A stretch of DNA of 64,000 nucleotides from a virus: the IMG/VR virus record IMGVR_UViG_3300012953_006207, positions 1 through 64,000 of that record. One strand, 5' to 3'. A program made the translations under genes and the position numbers. Within the stretch, counting starts at the first letter, position 1. Each line of letters begins with the position of its first letter. A model generated the notes under the pieces. That model was not told the DNA's origin. It saw only the letters and a list, made by a program, of their open reading frames with translations, and searched no databases. Below are positions 1 through 9,869 of the stretch, piece after piece.

Positions 1-75
1 AAAAGATGACGGCGAGACTCTTGAGAAACTTTGGAACGGAAGTTATAACTATAATATCGAAGAATAGGCGTTATT

Positions 76-591
76 ATGATTTATGTTTTATATGGACAAC
101 CTGCTTCAGGTAAAACCACGTTAGGACAAATGCTCGCGGAACATCTTCGAACACCATTCGTTATTGATGGCGATGAGTTTAGGGAGATGTTCACTAACGA
201 AAACTACGGGAGAATCGGGCGTGAAGAGAACATTAAAAACGCTAACGCTGTCGCTACTTATCTGAATAAAAAAGGCGAAAGAGACGAGTGGTCGGCTATT
301 TATTACAAAGGGCAAGACGGCAACTCCATTCAAGGTAGACCAGTCGAGAAAAGTACTGATGTTGTAATGTGTCTTGTTAATCCCTATAAGCATTTAAGAG
401 AAGAGCTTGCTAATAATAATCAAGATAAAGTGATTGAAGTTTTTTTGCAGTGTCGCAGAGACTTAAGGAAAGAATATCACGTAGAAGATTTTGAAATAGG
501 CGAACCACAGCACACTCTCCGCACTGATAAATCTCCTGAGGATTCTTGGAAAAATTTAAAAGAGCTTTTAAAAATCCCAGAATATAGATAA
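76..591 (+). CDS. cysC: Adenylyl-sulfate (APS) kinase-like P-loop kinase
   Basis: Walker A GQPASGKTT, IDGDEFR motif, 'GREENIKNA' segment and V..VNPY..R typical of the APS kinase family. Confidence 0.7.
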   Translation: MIYVLYGQPASGKTTLGQMLAEHLRTPFVIDGDEFREMFTNENYGRIGREENIKNANAVATYLNKKGERDEWSAIYYKGQDGNSIQGRPVEKSTDVVMCLVNPYKHLREELANNNQDKVIEVFLQCRRDLRKEYHVEDFEIGEPQHTLRTDKSPEDSWKNLKELLKIPEYR

Positions 592-598
592 GGTCATC

Positions 599-916
599 AT
601 GATGAGGTTGTTTATCTTTAAATTACTTTTTAAGCTGACTTGGTGGGTAGCACCTAATCGGCGTCGTGTTAATAAGATTTTTGAGATTTACGAAGAGTAT
701 ATTAAAGCAGAAGAAGATTATATAAAGTGCCAAGAAAGACAGGCTCAGATGGACTCTTGCGTTCAACCTCGGACAGAAACCTACGAACACCTTACTTGTA
801 AAAAACAAAGAGCCACGTTTACGAAAAACATGCCTCCTCGTATATCTGATAAAGATCAGCCTAGAAATCATTACTCAGACTACGAAGAAGCTAAAAAATA
901 TCACGAAGCATCATGA
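599..916 (+). CDS. Hypothetical protein
   Basis: ORF tightly packed in operon; ATGA overlap with next gene. Confidence 0.55.
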   Translation: MMRLFIFKLLFKLTWWVAPNRRRVNKIFEIYEEYIKAEEDYIKCQERQAQMDSCVQPRTETYEHLTCKKQRATFTKNMPPRISDKDQPRNHYSDYEEAKKYHEAS

Positions 917-1251
917 ACTACAAAGAACTAACTGAATCAATAACTCAACAAACCTTTGTCCACCCAGATGATTCCTCGATTATATTGCTAGGAGGCGAAG
1001 GTGTGGGCATTGATTATTCAGACGCTTTCGTCGGCATTGTTGACGGACCTCATTCTTCTCAAAGGGCCTTGTATGATTACGAAAAATGCATTGAGATTTC
1101 TTGCCGAGAATTAAGCGACGATGATGGCCCAGCCAGCTACCTAGAAGGCTTAGAGTGGTTTGAGTATAATACTCTTAGGGCAATTTCTTATCAAAGCCCT
1201 GAAAATTCTCCCCTCTTCTTAAATAAAATCGATTCCGACGATGAAATTTAA
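913..1251 (+). CDS. Conserved phage hypothetical protein
   Basis: DAFVGI...ALYDYEKCIE...EWFEYNTLRA...PLFL pattern resembles a common phage family; overlaps neighbours. Confidence 0.6.
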   Translation: MNYKELTESITQQTFVHPDDSSIILLGGEGVGIDYSDAFVGIVDGPHSSQRALYDYEKCIEISCRELSDDDGPASYLEGLEWFEYNTLRAISYQSPENSPLFLNKIDSDDEI

Positions 1252-1480
1252 TTCGCCAGAAGGAATATCTTACGACTTTAACAATAGAGTTAGCTACGAC
1301 GAAGAGTCTGACTCTATGTATATTTATGTAGCCCCCCCGCAAGGGCAAGTTGGAACCGTTTTGGTTTACAATGATGGCCGTAACATGGTAACAATAGACA
1401 CAGACGAGGTTAATACTCAGGTAGGAATTGAAATAGTTGGCTTAACTAATTTAATGCGAAAATTTAATTTAAATAAATAA
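1241..1480 (+). CDS. DUF2283-like protein
   Basis: YDEESDSMYI...IDTDE...VGIEI signature. Confidence 0.65.
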   Translation: MKFNSPEGISYDFNNRVSYDEESDSMYIYVAPPQGQVGTVLVYNDGRNMVTIDTDEVNTQVGIEIVGLTNLMRKFNLNK

Positions 1481-1487
1481 AAAAAAA

Positions 1488-1928
1488 ATGAATCGACGAG
1501 ACTTTATTAAATCGACAAGCGCAAGCGCAGCAGCAATTACCGCAGTACCCGCAGTTATTGCAAGTGAAGTAGAAGACTTTGCGCCAAAACCAGAACGTGT
1601 TTATTTCATAAACTGTTACATTCAAAACCAAAAATACTGGCCCCTAGAAGAGTACAAGGGCGGTAGTTTTAAAAATGGCAAATTATACTTTGGAAGCTTT
1701 CAAGAGGCCGTTGATTTTATTGATATGCATAGTCTTGTAACTCCATTTTATAGTGAGGTCTTATATGAAGTTTTTCACGAAATTTCTAAAGATGTGACTA
1801 TTGCTCCAAAACATATATTTACATACTGGGCCAAAATAAAAGAGGGCGAGTCCCCCGAAACGATTAGATGGATTCGCCCAGACTATATCGATCACGCAGA
1901 AGATGGAGCATTGATAGAACGCGCTTAA
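1488..1928 (+). CDS. Protein with twin-arginine (Tat) signal peptide
   Basis: N-terminus MNRRDFIKSTSASAAAITAVPAVIA matches RRxFxK followed by an Ala-rich h-region. Confidence 0.65.
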   Translation: MNRRDFIKSTSASAAAITAVPAVIASEVEDFAPKPERVYFINCYIQNQKYWPLEEYKGGSFKNGKLYFGSFQEAVDFIDMHSLVTPFYSEVLYEVFHEISKDVTIAPKHIFTYWAKIKEGESPETIRWIRPDYIDHAEDGALIERA

Positions 1929-1972
1929 ATAATATCTTGTACATATTCCAGAAACATGTTTGAATCTAAAGC

Positions 1973-4900
1973 ATGTCTCAGCAGAAGATTGACCACAGAC
2001 TTTTAAATCATTTTCTTAAACTGAAAATTTTTGACGGCTTAGGGCGTAAGCAAAAAAGTCTTGAGGATGTTGAGGATTTATTAAACAATTTCAAAGAGGA
2101 ACATCTCCTACTCAAAACTCAACAACACCTGAGAAAGGTTTGTGCTGAAAAAGGTGCAGACGAATACCAGAAATCCTTAGAAGGTGCTTTAGTTCAATTA
2201 AGAGGGGCAGCAGCCGAAATTATTTGTAACGCTGATACAATATTAAGAGGCGACACGAATATAAAGCGCGGTGAACGTATATCTCGCCAGAAAAGAGAAG
2301 AGTACAATATGGCCCTCAAAAAGCCTGAGGCGGGGGTTGATTATGAATGCGTAGACGCTCACCAACACGTAGATAAAGCTATACAAACTAAGTGGTACTC
2401 TAACGCATCCTCTAAAACCATTTTCACAAATGATATTTCTACCACTTTAATTGATGGCTTACATTGGCCTATTCTCGAAATATGGACTAACGCCTCAAAA
2501 GTGGACTCAGATGTTATTAAAGATAACGTAGTAGTATCTTGCCGTAATTCTTTAAGCAACCGTCTTACTCCACAGTACTTATCTAATATTAAGAACCTAA
2601 TTAAAGGTTCCGCAGTTAAACCACAAAAACCTTTAACTCCTCTTTGGTATCAGAGGATTGCGGTAAAAGCTTGCTTAAAAGCTTTCAAAAAATCTGACAG
2701 AGGCCAACTCAATGTGCCTTGTGGATGGGGCAAAACCCTAGCGGGACTCTGGATTGGAGAAGGTTTGGGGTCTAAAAAGACCTTAGCTTTGTGTCCTAGT
2801 AAAGACTTGTGTCGTCAAATCTTTTCAGCTTGGACGCAAAACGGAAGCAAAAAAAACATAAAACGACTCGTAGTATGCAGCGACGAGACCGTTTCTGATG
2901 ACGCTATAGCTGCTTACGAAGACGAATTAGATTTTGCAGTAGTTAAAGATTCGGGCAAGTTAAAAGAACTAACTCAAGACTGCGTTGAATACGAAATCAT
3001 TTGCACCTACCAATCAATCTCTAAGTTAATTGAGGCTGAATTAGACTTTGACTACGGCTTCTTCGACGAGGCTCATCGAACAACTCAACCAGACGACCAC
3101 CTATTTGCGCTTGGTTTGTTTGATAGAAATATAAAAATTGAAAAACGCTTGTTCGCAACAGCTACCCGAAGGTTTATTCATAGCAGAAACTCTCGCTGCA
3201 ACACTATGGAAGATGAATCCGTTTACGGCCCCGTCTTTTATCAAATGTCTTTCTCGGAAGCGGTCAGAACAGGACGCTCCCGCAAAAATGACAACGTTAA
3301 AATAATTTCTCCCGTTAAAATCGTAACGAATAAAATTACTAACGAAGAGTTAGATAGAGAATTAATCAAGCATGGTGTAACCAGAGTCGGCTGGGACTTA
3401 GCTCAGACAAGAATGGTTGCTTGTATTATAGGCTTCCTGAAGGCTGTTGATACTTTGAATCTTAAGAAAAGTTTTATTTACACGAATCGAGTAAATTCAG
3501 CAGAGAGGCTTGCCAATGACCCTGCGAACGGAATCTCCCAATTTACCGACAAAATAAAAAGCTTTCATGTAAATGGAGGCATGAGAAGCTCTGAAAGACA
3601 AAGGGAATTTACTTCTTTTTTAGAACAAGAATATTCGGTGGTAACTAACGCAAGGTGTCTCAACGAGGGAGTTGATTGTCCGCTGGTTGATTGCGTTGCG
3701 TTTTTTAATCCCCGCAAAAGCGTGATTGATATTGTCCAATCTGTTGGTAGGGCAATGAGGGTTGACAAAGATAATCCAGATAAAGTTGGATATATATATG
3801 TGCCTATCTTTGAGGATGTAGGAGAAAACATTAACGAAGCTTTATATGATTCCCCTTACGAAGTTTTAGTTGATGTTGTCCGCGCAATGGCCTCGCACGA
3901 TGATTCCTTGCAGGATTTACTAAATAAATGGCTCGAAGATATTGGGGGCGGTGGCGACGGAGATTTTCCTGAAATATTTGAAGTAATAGATGGAGACAAT
4001 GTTGACCTTGACGAACTGCGGAACAGCATCACCAGTCAAGTCATGACTATTTTTAGAAATAGAAAATGGTCCCTGTGGCAACAGCGAATTGGCTTAGCTA
4101 AAAAAATCAAAGAAAAATATGGTAATCCTAATTTTCACAATTTTTTGAGTGGACCGGACCCACATCCTACGGATAGCAAGTTCGCTAATGACTCTATGAT
4201 AACGAATGAATATATAACTTGGAGTCAAAACATAGTAAACAGACCCGAACAGCTTTCTGAATCAAAGCGCAATGAACTAATCGACTTAAACTTTGAATTT
4301 GAACCACTTCAACAACAGTGGAAAATTTTTACTAAATTAATATCAAACATCATAAAAGGTTACGTTCAACTCGGCAAACCAAGCCCAATCAATTGGGGTC
4401 TAGCCGAACTTGAGATTGATAAATGGTCAGAGGGCCACATCAAATCCAAAGAGAGTTTTGATTTTTTCAAACGCACATTTAACTATAATATGCTTGAAGT
4501 TGTAAAAAGATACAATGCAACTATTGACGATGACTCAAGGCTTAAAATAACCAAAAACGCGAAAACTCCTCCGACACATTTAAACCAGTGGCAGATGGAC
4601 TACTTGAAAGATATTAACTGGACTCCGATTACTGCATCCGAAGCTGCGGAGGATAGATTAGTATCCCTTGTTGAAAAAGTTTTGCGCGAAGGTAAAAACA
4701 AAAAACAAAGAGGAGGAAATAGATGGAACCTTAAAAGCTCAAAATCACTTCTTTATATTAGGGCCGAAGAAAAAACAGGTAAAATTATTTTCCCAGCGGA
4801 TTTTAAATATGACGGTGTGAACTTGGGGACTCTTTTACGCAACAGAAGAAAACCTACCAAAAGCAACAGAACAACTAATCTTCAAGCGGAAAAATTAAGG

Positions 4901-6136
4901 CTGAGAACAGTCAAGCTCCTTGAAGACCTTGGGCTTTGGATGGGCGAAGAAGACCAAGACTTTTGGGTCTGGATGCAGTGTCTCGAAAACTGGAAGCAAG
5001 TGAACGCTGGACTTACCGACGATGAAGAAGATAAAAAATCCTCAGAATCTTTCTCCATCCTATGCCAAGCTAACTTGTCTCAGCTACCTAAAGAGAAGAA
5101 AAAACTCCTTAAAGAAGCTAACTGGAAAACCCACCGAGAAATTCGAGACGATGATAAACGTAAAAAATCAGATTTAAAAGCACTTGTTGAAATGGGGAAA
5201 GCTGTTGGACACACCCGACTTAACGGCGTTGAAAAAATAAAGTGGACGAAAACCAAGCCAAGAAAAAAAATCTCGAAGTTAATAGACGGGGTTACTAGAG
5301 AAATGTATCGCGCTGTAAAAAACCATCGTTCTAGAAAAACTAATGGGAAACTCACCGCTGACGAAATTGCTTGGACCGAAAACAACTTGCCGTACTGGCT
5401 CTGGGATGAAGGCATCAAACAAAAGGTATTTGAAGAAAAAGTATCCCTATGCAAACAATGGTTTGAAGAAAATCCAGAAGCGGAATTCATGCATAAAGAT
5501 GTAAAGGTCGACAACCCATTTCCGTTTACGTTCTCTACTAACGCAGGACTTGAAGTTGCTCATTTAGGCCAATTTTTAAACTCCCATAGACAGAATCTTA
5601 AATACGGCAAGGAAAATGGTAAGCGTGATATTGAAGACTGGGAAGCAGAAATCCTCGACAGAGAACTTGGAGAAAAATGGAAAAGCACGAAAGCAGAAAA
5701 ACCGCGTGTCTTGAAAATAAATTACTTACCACCAAATCCAACTTCAGGAAATAAAGAAAGGCATTGCATCCATCTTGGTATGGTTAAAGCCCCAAAAGGA
5801 CACTGTAAGTCCAGACGCGCAATAGTCGCTAGATTTTCCTCTAAATCTGAAGCAGAAAAGGCTATGGCACTCATGCAGGAAGAGGTCAATAAAAACCCAA
5901 ATTATAATCCAGAAAAATTAAGAGATGATTTTGCTCCATTGAAGACCTTTTGTAAAAAATGGGATAAGAAAAGCGTCGATTTTTTGAAGAAAAACTACAA
6001 ATACAAATCTGATTCTGAAATGGCCAAACATTTGGGTCGCAGTATATCCTCCGTGAGTTCTCAAAGAAATAAACTTGGTCTTGGACTTGCTGTTGATGGT
6101 CGAGTTAATAACGGCGCACATAACCACAAGAAATGA
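1973..6136 (+). CDS. Large SF2 (ResIII / type ISP-like) helicase with Trp-rich helicase-associated repeats and C-terminal HTH
   Basis: PCGWGKT (motif I), DEAH (II), TAT (III), EGVDCP (V), QSVGRAMR (VI); C-terminal W....DFLKKNY...EMAKHLGRS..SV...RNKLGL Myb/HTH-like unit. Confidence 0.85.
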   Translation: MSQQKIDHRLLNHFLKLKIFDGLGRKQKSLEDVEDLLNNFKEEHLLLKTQQHLRKVCAEKGADEYQKSLEGALVQLRGAAAEIICNADTILRGDTNIKRGERISRQKREEYNMALKKPEAGVDYECVDAHQHVDKAIQTKWYSNASSKTIFTNDISTTLIDGLHWPILEIWTNASKVDSDVIKDNVVVSCRNSLSNRLTPQYLSNIKNLIKGSAVKPQKPLTPLWYQRIAVKACLKAFKKSDRGQLNVPCGWGKTLAGLWIGEGLGSKKTLALCPSKDLCRQIFSAWTQNGSKKNIKRLVVCSDETVSDDAIAAYEDELDFAVVKDSGKLKELTQDCVEYEIICTYQSISKLIEAELDFDYGFFDEAHRTTQPDDHLFALGLFDRNIKIEKRLFATATRRFIHSRNSRCNTMEDESVYGPVFYQMSFSEAVRTGRSRKNDNVKIISPVKIVTNKITNEELDRELIKHGVTRVGWDLAQTRMVACIIGFLKAVDTLNLKKSFIYTNRVNSAERLANDPANGISQFTDKIKSFHVNGGMRSSERQREFTSFLEQEYSVVTNARCLNEGVDCPLVDCVAFFNPRKSVIDIVQSVGRAMRVDKDNPDKVGYIYVPIFEDVGENINEALYDSPYEVLVDVVRAMASHDDSLQDLLNKWLEDIGGGGDGDFPEIFEVIDGDNVDLDELRNSITSQVMTIFRNRKWSLWQQRIGLAKKIKEKYGNPNFHNFLSGPDPHPTDSKFANDSMITNEYITWSQNIVNRPEQLSESKRNELIDLNFEFEPLQQQWKIFTKLISNIIKGYVQLGKPSPINWGLAELEIDKWSEGHIKSKESFDFFKRTFNYNMLEVVKRYNATIDDDSRLKITKNAKTPPTHLNQWQMDYLKDINWTPITASEAAEDRLVSLVEKVLREGKNKKQRGGNRWNLKSSKSLLYIRAEEKTGKIIFPADFKYDGVNLGTLLRNRRKPTKSNRTTNLQAEKLRLRTVKLLEDLGLWMGEEDQDFWVWMQCLENWKQVNAGLTDDEEDKKSSESFSILCQANLSQLPKEKKKLLKEANWKTHREIRDDDKRKKSDLKALVEMGKAVGHTRLNGVEKIKWTKTKPRKKISKLIDGVTREMYRAVKNHRSRKTNGKLTADEIAWTENNLPYWLWDEGIKQKVFEEKVSLCKQWFEENPEAEFMHKDVKVDNPFPFTFSTNAGLEVAHLGQFLNSHRQNLKYGKENGKRDIEDWEAEILDRELGEKWKSTKAEKPRVLKINYLPPNPTSGNKERHCIHLGMVKAPKGHCKSRRAIVARFSSKSEAEKAMALMQEEVNKNPNYNPEKLRDDFAPLKTFCKKWDKKSVDFLKKNYKYKSDSEMAKHLGRSISSVSSQRNKLGLGLAVDGRVNNGAHNHKK

Positions 6137-6708
6137 GAAAAGAAATAATAGTAATAGACGGGTTCTACAAAGACCCAAATCAAATAAGAAGGCAAGCCTT
6201 AGAGATGACTTACAGCGTAAGCGGTAATTATCCCGGCATTAGAACCAAAGCACTGCCCGGTGGTGACGTTAGAGAGTTCTTGGAGGGCGTCATGGGCATA
6301 AAAATAGATAAAACGAAGTGGAATGCGGGTGAATACACTGGCACATATCAGTATGTTGTAGAGGGAGCAAATACATGGATACATTCAGACCGTCATAATG
6401 ATTGGTCGTGCATTGTTTATTTGTCTCCAGACCCTATTGATGACTCTGGAACGTCCTTTTACAAACACAAAGAAACTGGCTCTATATCATATCACGATAC
6501 CGAATTGGGCAAGGAGATAGAAAAAGATGGAAACAATACTGATGCATGGGTTAAAACTGACGTAGTGGCTAACAGATTTAACAGAGCGGTATTATTCAGA
6601 GGAGATTTATGGCACAAGGCTGATAATTATTTCGGTAATGATTTAAAAAGCGGGAGATTGTTTCAAACATTCTTTTTCAGCGAGGAAAATCCTAATAAAA
6701 CGAAATGA
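6133..6708 (+). CDS. 2OG-Fe(II) oxygenase (DUF6445-like)
   Basis: IIVIDGFYKDP, YPGIRT, HxD (WIHSD), FNRAVLF...H, R.FQTFF. Confidence 0.8.
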   Translation: MRKEIIVIDGFYKDPNQIRRQALEMTYSVSGNYPGIRTKALPGGDVREFLEGVMGIKIDKTKWNAGEYTGTYQYVVEGANTWIHSDRHNDWSCIVYLSPDPIDDSGTSFYKHKETGSISYHDTELGKEIEKDGNNTDAWVKTDVVANRFNRAVLFRGDLWHKADNYFGNDLKSGRLFQTFFFSEENPNKTK

Positions 6709-6778
6709 GATATCCATTTATTTTAATGGTTTATATGGCCCATTTTGGTAAAATAGAATTTAAGTACGAAAAGAAAAA

Positions 6779-7135
6779 ATGATTAAAGAATATTGTGATA
6801 AATGTGACTGTGAAGTCACCACTCAAAACTGCTCTATCACCATGCATTGCATTGCATGGGACGAGCCTTACTTTGGGTTACTGTCTCACCGAAGGTGCAT
6901 TAGATGCTCACCTTCAAGAGCGCAACACATTGTTCACCCTGACTTTGAGCCAGTAGTGGACGATAGGCCACAATTCGACAAGCGACTCTTTAGCAGCGAA
7001 GAAAAGCTGAAGGAGTGGGAGAAGCGTTGGACTGCTGCTTGGCTGATATGCCAGCAACCCGAAATAGCTGACGCCGTTATGGAGAAGCTAGCCAACAGAG
7101 CTTGGAGTAAAAAGCATTTCGGAGACGACGGATGA
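6779..7135 (+). CDS. Hypothetical Cys-rich protein
   Basis: Two CxxC pairs; ATGA overlap with next gene. Confidence 0.55.
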   Translation: MIKEYCDKCDCEVTTQNCSITMHCIAWDEPYFGLLSHRRCIRCSPSRAQHIVHPDFEPVVDDRPQFDKRLFSSEEKLKEWEKRWTAAWLICQQPEIADAVMEKLANRAWSKKHFGDDG

Positions 7136-7959
7136 AAATATTCTTCACTCATTTTTACGGAAGAATGTCTGACGTTTTAGGCATTATAAATTGCGGAGCT
7201 TACGCCGAAGCTGTAACCAAGGAAGAGGAACAATACGCTCTTGAGAACGGGTGGATGAAAGTAGAAAGTCTCAAGTACGGGGAGATTTGGGCGCAAGGTC
7301 GACAGGTAAGATTAAAAGTTTCGGATTTAAAATATAATAAAAAAATAAGGAAGATGACTGACCCCTGCAAAGGGATAACTTCTCTTCATAAAGATTTAAA
7401 TGACTGTGATGTAAACGAGCTTAAAGGCGTATACGAAAAGTATATAAAGTTCAAAAGCGATCAGTACAAAAAATCTGGAGAACTATTCTCAGACTTCTAT
7501 ACAACAGAAGATTTCTTCAAGGAGCTTTTTATAGACCCAGAGAACAAAAAGATAATTGAGCATAGAGAAGATGGGGAGCTTCACGGCTTTGTAATTTGTA
7601 GGACTTATGACAACGCAAACTGCATGACTTCAATACAATTCTGCTGGGACTACCATAAACCGAACATATTCTTGGGTAAGTATAGCTGCGTAAAAGAGCT
7701 AGAGTCAGCCAAAGAGATGGGTTTAGAGTATTTGTATCTGGGATTCGGATATGAAAATATGTGCATATATAAGTCCATGTATCAAGGCTTTGAGTGGTGG
7801 ACTGGCAGTGAATGGTCTAAAGACAAGCTAGCTTACAAAACTCTTTGCGAAAGCGATACAAAAACAAAAACGATTTACGAGCTTGGCCAGTTAGAAGAGG
7901 AGTATACTGGTAAATTCTTTTTTTCTCCCAGTGAAATATTAAAGAGAGATGATAGATGA
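7132..7959 (+). CDS. Aminoacyl-tRNA-protein transferase-like (ATE/Bpt family)
   Basis: ALENGW N-terminal motif; C-terminal WDY...LGKYS...E...AK.MGLEYLYLGF....C.YK..Y..FEW. Confidence 0.7.
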   Translation: MKIFFTHFYGRMSDVLGIINCGAYAEAVTKEEEQYALENGWMKVESLKYGEIWAQGRQVRLKVSDLKYNKKIRKMTDPCKGITSLHKDLNDCDVNELKGVYEKYIKFKSDQYKKSGELFSDFYTTEDFFKELFIDPENKKIIEHREDGELHGFVICRTYDNANCMTSIQFCWDYHKPNIFLGKYSCVKELESAKEMGLEYLYLGFGYENMCIYKSMYQGFEWWTGSEWSKDKLAYKTLCESDTKTKTIYELGQLEEEYTGKFFFSPSEILKRDDR

Positions 7960-8404
7960 TTATATAAAGTATATTACTTTAAAAAGAAAAGAGCTTGGGG
8001 GCCATGCAATATGTCCGTTTGCTAAAAAATTTCTGGATAAAACTGAGATCATTAAGTCAGACGACTTGGAGTCTGATGCTCTAAATTGCATAGAATCAAA
8101 AGAAAGGCCGATGCTTTGGCTAATCTATGGATGCCCCAAAAAATTCACCAAAGAATGGCTGTCCTCTTTCTGCGATAAACATAAAGATAAAGCTAAATCA
8201 AAGGATTTGTGGCTAATCTGGGATCACCCCGACCAAATAAATAAAATTGGAGATATTGAAACAAACAATAAAGAATATGGTGTAATACTAATACAGCCCT
8301 TAAAGGAGCTAAACAAATACTCAGATAAACTCAAAAAGAGTAATTATTATGACTATTGGGATGAGGACTATTATAACGCTATAGTAAAAAGCAGGAGCGA
8401 GTAA
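7949..8404 (+). CDS. DUF1415-like hypothetical protein
   Basis: LGGHAICPFA and DHPD motifs. Confidence 0.5.
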   Translation: MIDDYIKYITLKRKELGGHAICPFAKKFLDKTEIIKSDDLESDALNCIESKERPMLWLIYGCPKKFTKEWLSSFCDKHKDKAKSKDLWLIWDHPDQINKIGDIETNNKEYGVILIQPLKELNKYSDKLKKSNYYDYWDEDYYNAIVKSRSE

Positions 8405-8415
8405 TAAGGCATTAT

Positions 8416-9117
8416 ATGAAAGAAGAATTTGAACTAGATTTCACCAATCAAATAAAAGCAAGGAAGCTTGACGAATTGAAATATACAGGCACTCCAGAAG
8501 TTTTTCTAAAAACTTCAAGGAGCGATTTCGAGTATATGGATATCGACATAAAGCCTCTCTTAGACATGCCTCCGCCAGCTAATTCAAGTGAGGATACCAA
8601 AAGAGAGTTATTGGAAGTAAAAGCGTTCATGGAACAGCAGCACTCTGAAGAATTTTCGGCAAACCTTAAGAAAATGGACAAAGACCCAGCTAAATTTATA
8701 ATTGATTCCTACAAAGAGCTAAGCGGGAAAACTGTCCCTAAAAAAGCGTTAGATTTCATAACTGGCGGTGATGTCGAAGTTTTAGCAATGAAGCTAAAGA
8801 TGCATTACGGTAGACCAAGACCTTACCAAATAGCGGACTATTATGGAGTTGAACTAGATTACAACAAGACTATTCAACACGGAAAAGCAAACGCTCCGTC
8901 TTACCCAAGTGGCCACACTCTAGCAGCTTACTTTGCAGCAAGGGTTATCGGCTACATAGACTCAAAATATCAAGACGACCTAATTGAAAAAGCGAAGATG
9001 GTTGCAGATTCTAGAATAGCAGAAGGAGTTCATTTTAAAAGCGATAACAACTTTTCATTTGCATTAGTGGACAATACGATGATGAAAGCATTTGTGGATG
9101 CTTATGAAAAAGTCTGA
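8416..9117 (+). CDS. PAP2-family phosphatase / haloperoxidase-fold protein
   Basis: KxxxxRPRP, PSYPSGH and SRxxxGVHxxSD: all three PAP2 motifs. Confidence 0.9.
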   Translation: MKEEFELDFTNQIKARKLDELKYTGTPEVFLKTSRSDFEYMDIDIKPLLDMPPPANSSEDTKRELLEVKAFMEQQHSEEFSANLKKMDKDPAKFIIDSYKELSGKTVPKKALDFITGGDVEVLAMKLKMHYGRPRPYQIADYYGVELDYNKTIQHGKANAPSYPSGHTLAAYFAARVIGYIDSKYQDDLIEKAKMVADSRIAEGVHFKSDNNFSFALVDNTMMKAFVDAYEKV

Positions 9118-9526
9118 AATAATTAATTTCTTATCTTGTACTTATTGCAGGATAAAAAAATCCGATATACATGGAATCGGAGTCTGTGCGATTATAGATA
9201 TCAGCAAAGACACAAACCTTTTTCCAGACTGCTCATGTGATTTAAAAAACATGAAGGCGATCAGCAAAGAAGAAGTTCATCACCTAAATGCACCCACGAT
9301 TAAAATGATGAGCGATTTTTTCATAGAGACGAAGACTCATTACTTCACTACCACTTCTTTAAATAAAATTAATATATCCTACTTCTTAAATCATTCAGAT
9401 AACCCCAATTGCGAATGGAGAGAAGACGATGACTCTTTTAGACCTTTAACAGACATAAAAGAAGGAGAAGAGTTAACTTTAAATTATCATAACTACCTCA
9501 AAAGCGAGCTTATAAAAAATGTATAA
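9104..9526 (+). CDS. SET-domain methyltransferase
   Basis: SDIHGIGVCA, FLNHSDNPN, DIKEGEELTLNY. Confidence 0.9.
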   Translation: MKKSEIINFLSCTYCRIKKSDIHGIGVCAIIDISKDTNLFPDCSCDLKNMKAISKEEVHHLNAPTIKMMSDFFIETKTHYFTTTSLNKINISYFLNHSDNPNCEWREDDDSFRPLTDIKEGEELTLNYHNYLKSELIKNV

Positions 9527-9869
9527 AGACTTAGCCCCAGATATAACTAGACAAAGAATTGTTATAGAAGGAACACTTCATAACCCTTTCCTGCCCGAAC
9601 AGATGGATAGATATTGCCGTGAGATGACCAGCGTTTTGAATATGACGGTGGTTACTGCTCCGTTTTGCAACTACGACCCTGCGTATGGCTGGTGTTCGTA
9701 TGTGCATTGGAAAGAGAGCGGGATGCATGTTTATGCATGGGACGATAGAAGTCCTTGCTTCTTTTCTGTGGATGTCTACACTTGCAGAGCGTTCGAACCA
9801 GAAACTGCCGTTAAATACACCCAAGAGTTTTTTGGCGATAACTTAATAGAATTAGCATGGAAAGAGTAA
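9519..9869 (+). CDS. S-adenosylmethionine decarboxylase-like pyruvoyl proenzyme
   Basis: KES autocleavage-type motif followed by HVYAW and SVDVYTC. Confidence 0.7.
   Translation: MYKDLAPDITRQRIVIEGTLHNPFLPEQMDRYCREMTSVLNMTVVTAPFCNYDPAYGWCSYVHWKESGMHVYAWDDRSPCFFSVDVYTCRAFEPETAVKYTQEFFGDNLIELAWKE

Noticed and set aside
1973-6136. Helicase as a complete type ISP / III restriction-modification enzyme
   Set aside because: No adenine-methyltransferase (FxGxG, NPPY) or clear nuclease motifs were seen, and no adjacent mod gene.
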